A stretch of 64,000 nucleotides of DNA from an uncultured Clostridium sp. (GTDB lineage Bacteria > Bacillota > Clostridia > TANB77 > CAG-508), in NCBI GenBank assembly GCA_947365805.1, contig CANAZY010000005.1, positions 41,889 to 105,888 of the forward strand. The letters are read 5' to 3'. A program made the position numbers and the translations under genes. The notes beneath the pieces were generated by a model. It was not told the DNA's origin. It did no database searches and saw nothing but the letters and a program-made list of their open reading frames with translations. This document shows, in pieces, positions 1 to 8,199 of this stretch (the first letter of the stretch is position 1; each line of letters begins with the position of its first letter).

Positions 1-510
1 TTCATTTGTAATCCTAATTTTACATTAGAAGATATGTTTTCGCTTTCTTGTTGTGCCATTGCACTTAATACTGTTAGCATTATTTCTCCTGATATTTCTA
101 AAGTATTTATTCTTTCTTCTTCAAAGTAAATAGCAATTCCTTTTTCTTTTAATCCTCTTACATATTTTAGAGTATCAACTGTGTTTCTTCCAAATCTTGA
201 TATTGATTTTGTGATTATCATATCAAATTTGTTTTGTGTTGCATCTTGCATCATTTTCATAAAACCATCTCTTTTGTAATCTAATGTTCCTGTAATTCCT
301 TCATCTGCATAAATGCCAACATATTTCCAATCGCTATTACTTTTTATCTTTTCTTCATAATACTTTAGTTGAGAATTGTAACTGTTTATTTGTTCTTCTT
401 TTTCTGTACTTACTCTTGCATAGGCACATACTCTCAAATTTCCTTTTATCTCTTCTCCTGTTGTTCTATTAATTCGACCTTTTTTCTTCTCTATAACTTG
501 TACTTTCAAA
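1..510 (-). CDS. large serine recombinase, N-terminal resolvase domain only (3' part lies left of the window); TTG start at 510
   Basis: Own translation of minus strand from 510: LKVQVIEKKKGRINR..LRVCAYARVSTEKEEQ..ITKSISRFGRNTVDTLKYVR..SAMAQQESENIS. About two thirds identical by eye to the N-terminus of the 566-aa recombinase at 4471..6171. GAGAGG RBS at 516-521. Confidence 0.85.
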
Positions 511-576
511 ATTAACCTCTCTTTCTCAAGTTTAGAGAATCTTTATGTGCTTATTATACATCAAAAGTTAAATTTT

Positions 577-762
577 TCAAATACCTATGTGAGTTAAATT
601 ATATTCTTGTAAGATATTTTGTTTTAGTTCTAAATATCTCTTTTCTTTAATTAGTCCTGCATTAAATGTTTTGTTTAGTATTGCTATTTTTATACTGCAA
701 TTAAAAATATTTTCATTTAGTTTGATGTTTTTCGTATTATCAAAATTGATTTCGTATAACAT
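577..762 (-). CDS. 61-aa protein encoded immediately upstream of the serine recombinase; function unknown
   Basis: ORF track. AAGGAGG lies 6 nt before the ATG. A frameshifted homologue occupies the same position in the second module (6244..6419). Confidence 0.55.
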   Translation of the reverse strand: MLYEINFDNTKNIKLNENIFNCSIKIAILNKTFNAGLIKEKRYLELKQNILQEYNLTHIGI

Positions 763-804
763 AAAAATCCTCCTTAACTTGAATTAAATTTCAAAAAAGG
801 CAAC

Positions 805-893
805 AGAAAAAGCCAGTCGGCTAGCTTCGACTGACTTAAATATTTTACATTTTTTGATAATACAATTATATTATGGTGTTCTATAAAGTTCAA
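805..893 (-). promoter_or_regulatory. sigma70-type promoter plus leader terminator hairpin in front of the small-ORF/recombinase operon (module 1)
   Basis: Minus strand: -35 TTGAAC (888-893), 17-nt spacer, -10 TATAAT (865-870). This is followed by hairpin CAGTCG/CGACTG (814-833) and GCTTTTTCT, then the RBS of the 61-aa ORF. The same architecture occurs at 6446..6540. Confidence 0.55.
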
Positions 894-950
894 TTCCCAT
901 TTTTTTCCCTTTTTTCTGTTAAAATTGATAAAGTCTTGATTTTTAGGTAA

Positions 951-1194
951 GTACACTAAGTGTACTTGTATAAAATTTTTTTAAATTTATTTTTATAATC
1001 CTTATTTGTGGGTTCACTTAGTGTACTTTTTACTATTTTTTTGAAATCTTTAGTTCACTTGGTGTACTTTATTTTAAATTTCAATCAAATTCAAGTACAC
1101 TTGGTGAACTAATTGCTGTATTTTTATAAAATTTAGTACATTTAGTGAACTTTCACACTCTGATTGGCATTTTTTAGTGGTTCATTGGGTGAAT
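951..1194. repeat. array of six 15-bp iteron-like sites GTWCAC-N3-GTGWAC in both orientations, mostly 41-44 bp apart
   Basis: Sites at 951, 1012, 1053, 1095, 1136 and 1180: gtacactaagtgtac, gttcacttagtgtac, gttcacttggtgtac, gtacacttggtgaac, gtacatttagtgaac, gttcattgggtgaat. A paralogous array lies at 6599..6865. Confidence 0.8.
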
Positions 1195-1195
1195 T

Positions 1196-1311
1196 TCTAC
1201 ATCAAATCTGCTTAAAATTTTTGTTCTTTTATTAACTCTTGAAGGCTTGCCCTTCAATGTGTGTAGGCGATGTGTGAACACTCGCTTTCCTGCCCTCAAT
1301 TTTAATTGAGG
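1196..1311 (+). other. conserved three-hairpin element (candidate small RNA, oriT or single-strand origin), module 1 copy
   Basis: Near-identical to 6866..6980. Hairpins: TTGAAGG/CCTTCAA (1239-1257), GGCGA/TCGCT (1266-1286) and CCTCAATT/AATTGAGG (1294-1311). Hairpin 3 shows a compensatory change in the other copy. Strand assignment is tentative and rests on a G-T wobble that works only on the plus strand. Confidence 0.35.
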
Positions 1312-1338
1312 TAATATAATTTGTTTTTAGTATTTAAG

Positions 1339-2523
1339 CTATATTAAATATCCTTCAATATATATTTCTTTAAATAAATTACTCCACAAATTTGTATTTT
1401 TCCCTATAACATCAGGATTATCTGATTTTTCATCTAATACAATTCCAACTAATCTACTTGACATCTTATCTAGTATAAACTCAATATTTTTAGCCCATTT
1501 ATATTTATGGGTTTGAGAATCAATCTTTATTAATGCTCTAAATGCTCCAACTATTGGATATATCATTCCTTTAGGTACTATATAATGCATTTCTTTTTCA
1601 TCAAATACTGATTTAGACACTATCTCTTTTTCATTATATTTTGAGTATTTTCTACTAGTATATCTCTTACCTGTTTTTTGAGATAATTCCGCAAAATTTG
1701 TTTCTATATATTCCCAAATTTTAAAAATATCTGGTATTATTTCTCTCATATTATTGAGCATTCTTTCTCTGTCTATCTTCTCTATATTAACAAACCTTTT
1801 TAATGTGGCTTCTTTACCTGTATAACATTGTATTGGCTGCTGATCATTAAGAGTTCCATCTATATTTTGTATCGGATATAAAGTTTGACTAAACATACTA
1901 ATTAATGCAATTATTTCTCTTACATCAATTGGATTAACCCCTTCATCATTATAATGCTCATTCATTTTATATGCTATTCTATTACTAAATTTTAATTCTT
2001 TTGTAACATCTTTTAGTACATCAAAACTTTTTTGTAGTTCTTCTATTGACTTTAAATCAACTTGAACTGATGTATTTCTAGCTGAAGCTAATTCGACTGG
2101 AGAATCTATTCCTGTAAAAATCTCTAGAAACACATATCTTTCTTCTTGCATTAGTTGTTTCTCATTCAAATCAAATATCGCTCTTAGAGTATGTCCACCA
2201 TCTATATTTCCATGTATTTCTGGATCCTCTAATTGAATTTGTACTTTTCCATTTTTGTTATCATATGTAACTTTATCCACTGACAAAACTATTCCTCTAT
2301 TTAATTCATGAAAATTTTCATTTTCCTTTAAACTATCCATAATATTTTTTGCTACATTTGTTGTCATTTTTTGCTCTCTAGGATTTGTTTTCATCCATTC
2401 ATTTAATTCTAATGGTATAGTTATAGCTTTAGCATAACAAACATATTTTGCTTTTTCACCCCCTTTATTAATTGGCTCATCCATTTTTTTAAAACTTTTA
2501 GCTTCAAATTCCATTGTTACCAT
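1339..2523 (-). CDS. AIPR-like abortive-infection / DGQHR-type ParB-like nuclease family protein (cargo of module 1)
   Basis: 394-aa ORF. Motif LNRGIVLS...HGNIDGGHTLRAI resembles the AIPR/DndB-type RGI..NG(Q/H)T core. This is recognition from memory; no search was run. Confidence 0.5.
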   Translation of the reverse strand: MVTMEFEAKSFKKMDEPINKGGEKAKYVCYAKAITIPLELNEWMKTNPREQKMTTNVAKNIMDSLKENENFHELNRGIVLSVDKVTYDNKNGKVQIQLEDPEIHGNIDGGHTLRAIFDLNEKQLMQEERYVFLEIFTGIDSPVELASARNTSVQVDLKSIEELQKSFDVLKDVTKELKFSNRIAYKMNEHYNDEGVNPIDVREIIALISMFSQTLYPIQNIDGTLNDQQPIQCYTGKEATLKRFVNIEKIDRERMLNNMREIIPDIFKIWEYIETNFAELSQKTGKRYTSRKYSKYNEKEIVSKSVFDEKEMHYIVPKGMIYPIVGAFRALIKIDSQTHKYKWAKNIEFILDKMSSRLVGIVLDEKSDNPDVIGKNTNLWSNLFKEIYIEGYLI

Positions 2524-2812
2524 AAAAAAACACTCCTTTCATATATTTTCTGTTTTATAACATATGAATAAGGAATGTATCTATATTATTTAATAATTAT
2601 ATTTAATTTAAATTTTCCTTTTTCCACATCTATAAAATCAGATACTGGTAACTTAAATAAGCAAAATCGCTTACAAGCTTATTTATATTTTACATATATA
2701 ATCTTCATTTGTCAACACCTCCAAAAATTTTTTAGTTAAATGTAATTTGCATATACTATAATTACATTTAATGTTGCACATTTAAATGTGGTTAGTTCGT
2801 TTATAAACGCTT

Positions 2813-2841
2813 AAAATCCCTCACACATAGAGGGATTTTTT
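2813..2841. terminator. bidirectional rho-independent terminator
   Basis: AAATCCCTC-acacata-GAGGGATTT flanked by A-run and T-run, downstream of the minus-strand hydrolase gene. Confidence 0.6.
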
Positions 2842-2848
2842 ATTTACT

Positions 2849-2896
2849 TGTCGGAAACTCTCGTAAATTATTGTAAATTTACGAGAGTTTCCGACA
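2849..2896. repeat. perfect 21-bp inverted repeat with 6-nt loop
   Basis: tgtcggaaactctcgtaaatt (2849-2869) / aatttacgagagtttccgaca (2876-2896). No U-tail. Locally GC-richer than its surroundings. Confidence 0.8.
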
Positions 2897-2945
2897 TATT
2901 TAACTTCTATATTACGAATTTTCCTATTTTTTAGTAATATAACCT

Positions 2946-3506
2946 TTATAAATAACTTACTATATCTTCAAATGTATCATATCCACTTTCACTATTGATA
3001 TGTCCTGCATTTGGTATTAATACTTGTTCTGTTGTAATTTTATCTGCAAAATCTTTTTCTACTTCATATTTTACATATGGGTCATTATTTGAATAAAAAC
3101 AAATAATTTCATCTGCATATTGTTTTACATCTTCTAAGTTATTAAAATATATTGTTCTATTTACTGTATCGTATTCTTCATTTATTCCTAAATAATTGTT
3201 AAATCCACATACAAATATTAATTTTTTCACTTTTAATTTATTCTCTACCAAAAATTTGCAAACAAATACTGGTGCAATACTGTGTGCTATTATAGTTGTA
3301 TTTTCATTAATTAATCCTAAATTCAAATAGTATTTTAGTAATTTACTCCAATTTGCATAATTTTGATAACCAACTCCTATTGGAAATTGTGGCACATATA
3401 CTTGTTTTCCATCTGTTGATATAAAATCTTGTAACCAACTAAACCAATTTCCAAATGGACTCCCAAAACTTCCATGTATTATAAAATAATTTACTTGCAT
3501 TTTCAT
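2946..3506 (-). CDS. alpha/beta-fold serine hydrolase, YdeN/RBBP9-like
   Basis: 186 aa. N-terminal FIIHGSFGSP and nucleophile-elbow-like AHSIAP, with size typical of the family. Confidence 0.55.
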   Translation of the reverse strand: MKMQVNYFIIHGSFGSPFGNWFSWLQDFISTDGKQVYVPQFPIGVGYQNYANWSKLLKYYLNLGLINENTTIIAHSIAPVFVCKFLVENKLKVKKLIFVCGFNNYLGINEEYDTVNRTIYFNNLEDVKQYADEIICFYSNNDPYVKYEVEKDFADKITTEQVLIPNAGHINSESGYDTFEDIVSYL

Positions 3507-3521
3507 ACTCCTTTTTTAATA

Positions 3522-3860
3522 TTATAAATCTTCTTCATCAATTAGAGGAATTATATCTATTGCTGGTTCTTCATAAGGATGAACTTCTCTTAATCTTTTT
3601 AATACTCTTTTCACTATATTAATATCGCATCTTGCTTCCAATTTTTCTTCTTCTACAAATTCTAATTTATTTTTTTCTCCAATGTATGGATTAGCATTAC
3701 TTAAAGGTTTAAAAGTTCCTATACACTTTGTAGATATAGTACAATCTGTATAGTTTCCTATAATTCCTGCTCCTTCATCACAAATAGCATTTCTTAATTC
3801 TTCACTATTTTCAGCTGGTACAGTTACAACAATTTTTACTTTTTTAACATCAATATTCAT
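3522..3860 (-). CDS. small NIF3/YqfO C-terminal-domain-like protein
   Basis: 112 aa. The pattern VKIVVTVP..E.LR.AI...GAG.IGNY..C and HPYEEPAIDIIPL is typical of this small domain family. Confidence 0.45.
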   Translation of the reverse strand: MNIDVKKVKIVVTVPAENSEELRNAICDEGAGIIGNYTDCTISTKCIGTFKPLSNANPYIGEKNKLEFVEEEKLEARCDINIVKRVLKRLREVHPYEEPAIDIIPLIDEEDL

Positions 3861-3874
3861 CTTTCTTAATACCT

Positions 3875-4132
3875 CTAACTTTCTTTTAAATATTCTCTTA
3901 TATTATTTGCTAACTCAACATCCATTCTTTTTATTGCTTCTTTTGTTACTCCTACTATATGTGGTGTTACTACTACATTATTTCTTTTTTCATTTAGTAT
4001 TTCCTTATAGTTTTCTACATCAATATCAAGTCCAACATTAAATGTTGGGTTTTCATCTGCATATCTTATTAATTCATTCATATCTACTGTTTCTGCTCTT
4101 GATGTATTTATAAAAGTAGCTGTTTTCTTCAT
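3875..4132 (-). pseudogene. C-terminal about 85 aa of a D-isomer-specific 2-hydroxyacid dehydrogenase; the N-terminal about 230 aa are missing
   Basis: MKKTATFINTSRAETVD...VVVTPHIVGVTKEA matches the C-terminal NAD-domain end (MK..A.lIN.sRG...tPH.g). The upstream frame closes at a TAA four codons before the ATG. It abuts the 3' side of the recombinase at 4471..6171. Confidence 0.7.
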
Positions 4133-4470
4133 TAATCTAATTTTATAAAGATTCTCTATAACTCATTTTAATAAATTCCTTCTATTCCTTGAAATATATA
4201 GCTTTACATCATATCTACTAACCAACACAACCTATACCTGTTATGACTACCATATACACAATCGTAAATTATCTAGTATTTCAAACATTTTGCTCAATTT
4301 TTTAAAATTCCATCTATGTGTTTCCACTTACCACTTAAGCAACTACTTTAACTTTCACAACCAAATTCTGATGTTTTTCTTTACCATATTTGCCTTTTTC
4401 TTCAAAAGTTATAATCTGTGAAACCATATCAAAATCAAGTATTACATATCTTCTTTTAGTTGTAGCACTG

Positions 4471-6171
4471 CTACGCATTCCACATGTGTTGGTTATCGCT
4501 TGTTGCAATATTATTTGCCGCTTGTTTATCGCTCGTAGCAGTAAATTTATCTTTGCAGTTTATCTCTGTTCCATTTTTACATATAAACCTTATTGTATAT
4601 GGATTAATTATTCCATCTTCTAATGTTTCTCCTACGATTACTTTATCTATTAAACATTCAAATATATCTTTATCAAACTTTGGCATTATATCTATATTTT
4701 TAAATAAACTTTTAAACTTGTTTAATCTTAGTTTAATACTTTCTGTTCTATTCGTTTCTTGTAGTAGGCTTTCTATTTTTTGTTCTATTTTGAGCAATTC
4801 TACATTTAAGTTATCAAATTTTTCTGTATATTGTTCTTTATTAATTTTGCCTTCTAAATTTAATTCTAATAGATTAGCAAGTTTTTTGTTTATCTTCTCT
4901 TTGTCTTTTTCTAATTTTACTACTATTGTTTCTATAGTATTTTCTTTTAAAATATTTTCTATCTTTTCTAAAAAGGTTTCTACTACTTTTCTGTTATCAT
5001 TGCAGAGTATTCTATAACCTTGTATAAAACAATCTTCTAATATTTCTTCTGGGATTGCTTTACAATGTGAGCATTCTTCTTTTCCATGTTTTGCTCTTTT
5101 AATACATTGCCATACTACTTTTGCACAATTTCTATTTGCATTCCAATTTCTTCTTGTTAGTAAACTTCCACAAAAACCACAATATAATTTACTACTAAAA
5201 GGATATTTTTTACTGTAGTTATCATTTCTTCTTCCTGTTTCTCTGTTACCTGCTCTTTTGGTTCTTATTTCTTGCACTCTATCAAATAACTCTTTGCTAA
5301 TAATTGGCTCGTGGTGTTCTTTTAAATAATGTTTATCTGCTTCTCCTAAATTGCTTAATCTTTTATGAGATATTGGATCTATTGTAAATGTTTTTCCCAT
5401 TAACACATCTCCAATATATTTTTCATTTTTTAGGATTCCTCTTACAGTTGATTCGCACCATTTTATTGCTCCTTTTGGAGTTTTTATTCCTTTTGCTGTT
5501 AATTCTTTTGCTATTGTACTTGAGCCTACTCCTTCTACATATCTTTCAAACATATATCTTACAATACTTGCCTCATCTTCATTGATTGTTATTTCTTTTG
5601 TTTCAAGGTTGTAATTATATCCATAACAACCATTATATCCAATTAGTTCTCCTCTGTCTTTTTTCATCTTTAACCCTAGTAGGACATGTGAAGATATATT
5701 CTCGCTTTCCTGTTGAGCCATTGCACTTAACAAAGTTAATACTAATTCTCCTTGTCCTGAACCAGTATTAATGTTTTCTTCTTCAAATAAAATTGCTACA
5801 TTTTTCTCTTTTAGCATTCTTACATATTTCAAAGTATCTAATGTGTTTCTAGCAAATCTTGATATAGATTTTGTTAGTATCATATCAATTTTTCCTTCTA
5901 TTGAATCTTGTATCATTTTCATAAAGTTTGTTCTTTTAAAATCTAATGTACCACTTATAGCTTCATCTGCATATATTCCTGCAAATTGCCATTCTGATTT
6001 ACTATTTATTTTTTCATCATAATACTTTAATTGTGATTGATAACTATTTAATTGTTCTTCATTATCTGTGCTTACTCTACAATATGCACATACTCTTAAT
6101 CTCTCCTTTATTGTTGTACCTGTTACTCTGTTGATTCTTCCGTTTGTTTTCTCTATGACTTGAATTTCCAT
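4471..6171 (-). CDS. large serine recombinase (resolvase domain, recombinase/zinc-ribbon domain, coiled coil)
   Basis: 566 aa. Contains VCAYCRVSTDNEEQ (catalytic Ser region), TKSISRFARNTLDTLKYVR and a Cys-rich segment CGFCGS...WQC..., with a K/E-rich coiled-coil tail. Confidence 0.9.
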   Translation of the reverse strand: MEIQVIEKTNGRINRVTGTTIKERLRVCAYCRVSTDNEEQLNSYQSQLKYYDEKINSKSEWQFAGIYADEAISGTLDFKRTNFMKMIQDSIEGKIDMILTKSISRFARNTLDTLKYVRMLKEKNVAILFEEENINTGSGQGELVLTLLSAMAQQESENISSHVLLGLKMKKDRGELIGYNGCYGYNYNLETKEITINEDEASIVRYMFERYVEGVGSSTIAKELTAKGIKTPKGAIKWCESTVRGILKNEKYIGDVLMGKTFTIDPISHKRLSNLGEADKHYLKEHHEPIISKELFDRVQEIRTKRAGNRETGRRNDNYSKKYPFSSKLYCGFCGSLLTRRNWNANRNCAKVVWQCIKRAKHGKEECSHCKAIPEEILEDCFIQGYRILCNDNRKVVETFLEKIENILKENTIETIVVKLEKDKEKINKKLANLLELNLEGKINKEQYTEKFDNLNVELLKIEQKIESLLQETNRTESIKLRLNKFKSLFKNIDIMPKFDKDIFECLIDKVIVGETLEDGIINPYTIRFICKNGTEINCKDKFTATSDKQAANNIATSDNQHMWNA

Positions 6172-6243
6172 TATACCTCCGTTCCGCCTAGAGATAAAAC
6201 TTAATAATTTTATATCATTTTTTAAGTAAAAAGTAAATTGATA

Positions 6244-6419
6244 TTACAAAAGTTTGTAATCTTTTAGGATTTTTCTTTTAATTTCTTGATGTTCCGCTTC
6301 TGTTATTAAGTTTTCTCTAAACAAATTATTTAATAGTGATAATCCATGCTACAATTTAGCATAGTATTATCTTTTAATTGCTTAGAGTTATCTACTTCTA
6401 TTTCATAATCATGTAGCAT
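6244..6419 (-). pseudogene. frameshifted homologue of the 61-aa small ORF of module 1
   Basis: Own translation: MLHDYEIEVDNSKQLKDNTMLNCSMDYHY*. It continues in another frame as GLSLLNNLFRENLITEAEHQEIKRKILKDYKLL*. Compare MLYEINFDNTKNIKLNENIFNCS... at 577..762. This break is not at a CGG codon. Confidence 0.5.
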
Positions 6420-6445
6420 GAAATTGCTCCTTTTCTTTAAATTTG

Positions 6446-6540
6446 AAAAGAAAAAGAGCAGAGAAATTAGTTTTTAATCTAATCTCTTTGCTCTTTCTTT
6501 TTCATGCTATCATTATATTATCGCAGTTTTATAAAATCAA
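6446..6540 (-). promoter_or_regulatory. sigma70-type promoter plus leader terminator hairpin in front of the small-ORF/recombinase operon (module 2)
   Basis: Minus strand: -35 TTGATT (6535-6540), 17-nt spacer, -10 TATAAT (6512-6517). Then a 16-bp hairpin (6455-6494) followed by CTTTTTCTTTTC, then AAAGGAG and the ATG at 6419. Confidence 0.55.
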
Positions 6541-6598
6541 TTCCCTTTTTGTTCCCTCTTTTCTATTTTGGATATAATTTTCATATCTAATTTTATAA

Positions 6599-6865
6599 GT
6601 ACACTAAGTGAACTAATACTTAAATAATCTAAAGCTACAAGTTCACTAAGTGTACTTGAAAATTTTATTTTTTCTTCATATTCACTAAATGAACTTTTTT
6701 TCTAAAAGTTAAGTACACTTGGTGAACTAAATCTAAAATATTTTATTAAACTCAAGTACACTCGGTGAACTTTTGCCTAAAATGAGTGAACTTTTTCAAA
6801 TTTTTAGTTCACTATTTTTAATTTCAACGAAGAATAGCGGGTTTGAGTCAGTTCACCGAGTGAAT
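6599..6865. repeat. array of GTWCAC-N3-GTGWAC iteron-like sites (six full sites and two half sites)
   Basis: Full sites at 6599, 6641, 6680, 6713, 6756 and 6851, with half sites near 6785 and 6806. Same consensus as 951..1194. Confidence 0.8.
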
Positions 6866-6980
6866 TTCTGCATCATATTTGCTTAAAATTTTTGTTTCTT
6901 TATTAACTCTTGAAGGCTTGTCCTTCAATGTGTATAGGCATTGTGTTAAACATGCTTTCCTGCCCTCATTTTAAATGAGG
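6866..6980 (+). other. conserved three-hairpin element, module 2 copy
   Basis: Aligns base for base with 1196..1311. Hairpins at 6910-6928, 6937-6956 and 6964-6980 (CCTCATTT/AAATGAGG). Confidence 0.35.
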
Positions 6981-7054
6981 TATTTTAGGTTTTAATAGTA
7001 CTTATGTCTACTTAATTAAATATACTTATCCTTAAATCCTCTTAGTTGAAAAAG

Positions 7055-7132
7055 AATGTGCTTTTAAAATCAAGTCAAGGTTGTGCGATAGCACATTCAT
7101 TTTAACCTTGACTTGATTTTGTAAAGCACATT
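7055..7132 (-). terminator. long-stem (about 28 bp) terminator of the 9699-to-7172 operon
   Basis: aatgtgcttttaaaatcaagtcaaggtt / aaccttgacttgattttgtaaagcacatt with a 21-nt loop. On the minus strand it is followed by CTTTTTC. Confidence 0.6.
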
Positions 7133-7171
7133 ATAATTAAGATTATGGATTTATATATTAATCGTTTGCAA

Positions 7172-7411
7172 CTAATCTTTAATCTTATATTTTTTCATTA
7201 ATTCTTTTGCTTTTTCAATTCCTTTTTCTGTTATATATGTAGATTTTGCTTTATGCGTACTTCCACCTATTAGTCTTTCATCTTCTAAGATATTTAATAT
7301 ATCAAAATCATATCCTTTCCATGCTCTTTGATATTCTCCATATGGTTCTCTCTCAGTCCATGAAGTTAAATATATTAAAAGTAATGTTAATTCTTTAATT
7401 TGTTCTTCCAT
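7172..7411 (-). CDS. 79-aa hypothetical protein (last gene of a three-gene operon)
   Basis: ORF track. ATGA start/stop overlap with the upstream gene at 7411. Confidence 0.5.
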   Translation of the reverse strand: MEEQIKELTLLLIYLTSWTEREPYGEYQRAWKGYDFDILNILEDERLIGGSTHKAKSTYITEKGIEKAKELMKKYKIKD

Positions 7412-8184
7412 TATTTAATCTCTCTTTCTACAAATTCTATAAATGTTGGAACAGTTTCTAGTAAATATTTATAATCTTTAACTACTAAATATGCTTCTGC
7501 CTCTGACCCCCATGAATATGTTCCTTTATTTTCAATATTATCTATCTTTGCTTTTGTAAATTTAATTTCTTGTTTCAAATATCCTAAAATATATTCATTA
7601 TTTTCTTGTATAGACTTAAGAATTTTTTTAGCTTTTTTATAATCTCCTTTTTTGTAATACATTATAGAAAGTGGGAATAACATAAAAGTAGAATTATCTA
7701 AATAACTATTATATATTTTTTCACATTCTTCAAATCTTTCAAGTACAGCATATAATCCCATAATTAAATATCTTATCCCTTGGTTATCACTCTTACATAG
7801 TTTTAATAGTTCTTCTCCTTGTTTTATTGCTTCAGTATATCTTCCTAATTCCATTAATGTTAACATATAACTATGTTTAGTTCTCATGTATGGTCTTGTT
7901 TCTATTAATCCCCAAAATATTCCTATATTCTCTTTATTGAAAAGGTCTTCTTTTTCTAATTCTGCTTGCTCTTTATCTAATGTTTCTTTGTATCTGCCTA
8001 GTTTCTTTATTGTATTAGTTTCAAATTTTGTAATAAAGTTTTCTGCATCTATATTATTAGGATTTATTTCTAATGCTTGTTTTGCTAGTTTTATTGCCTT
8101 TGATTTTATCGGTTCGTCATACGCTTCAAATAATAAATCATCTGACTGTTCTTCCTTTATAAATTTTTCATCTTCAAAATCCAT
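7411..8184 (-). CDS. TPR-repeat-like protein
   Basis: 257 aa. Repeated helical A/Y/L-rich 34-residue-like units (ELGRYTEAIKQGEELLKL, YYKKGDYKKAKKIL). Confidence 0.5.
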   Translation of the reverse strand: MDFEDEKFIKEEQSDDLLFEAYDEPIKSKAIKLAKQALEINPNNIDAENFITKFETNTIKKLGRYKETLDKEQAELEKEDLFNKENIGIFWGLIETRPYMRTKHSYMLTLMELGRYTEAIKQGEELLKLCKSDNQGIRYLIMGLYAVLERFEECEKIYNSYLDNSTFMLFPLSIMYYKKGDYKKAKKILKSIQENNEYILGYLKQEIKFTKAKIDNIENKGTYSWGSEAEAYLVVKDYKYLLETVPTFIEFVEREIK

Positions 8185-8199
8185 TTTTTACCTCCTTTA

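Larger units (their letters stand above)
1..2523 (-). mobile_element. serine-recombinase module 1 (recombinase, small ORF, iterons, hairpin element, AIPR cargo); true ends not resolved and left end outside the window
   Basis: Paralogy with 4471..6985 in gene order and non-coding blocks. Minimal extent is given. Confidence 0.4.

Noticed and set aside
774-956. 60-aa ORF between the small ORF and the iteron array.
   Set aside because: It overlaps the conserved promoter and the leader terminator. The homologous DNA in module 2 is conserved but has no matching ORF (only 15 codons open), so the conservation is non-coding.
951-1194. Possible CRISPR array (regularly spaced repeats, also at 6599..6865).
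   Set aside because: The repeats are only 15 bp, degenerate and occur in both orientations. The spacers are AT-rich and partly conserved between the two arrays, and there are no cas genes.
4484-5017. Long plus-strand ORFs antisense to real minus-strand genes. Examples: 4390..4623, 4484..5017, 5388..6022, 11449..12021, 30779..31270, 45384..45797 (minus-strand shadow of the VanW gene) and 46722..47273.
   Set aside because: They give low-complexity S/F/L/I-rich translations. They lie entirely inside well-supported genes on the other strand and have no RBS. These are typical shadow ORFs of AT-rich DNA.
7055-7132. 28-bp-arm inverted repeat considered as an element end or att site.
   Set aside because: It sits 40 nt after a stop codon and is followed by a T-run on the transcribed strand, so the simplest reading is a strong terminator. 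No partner repeat was found.
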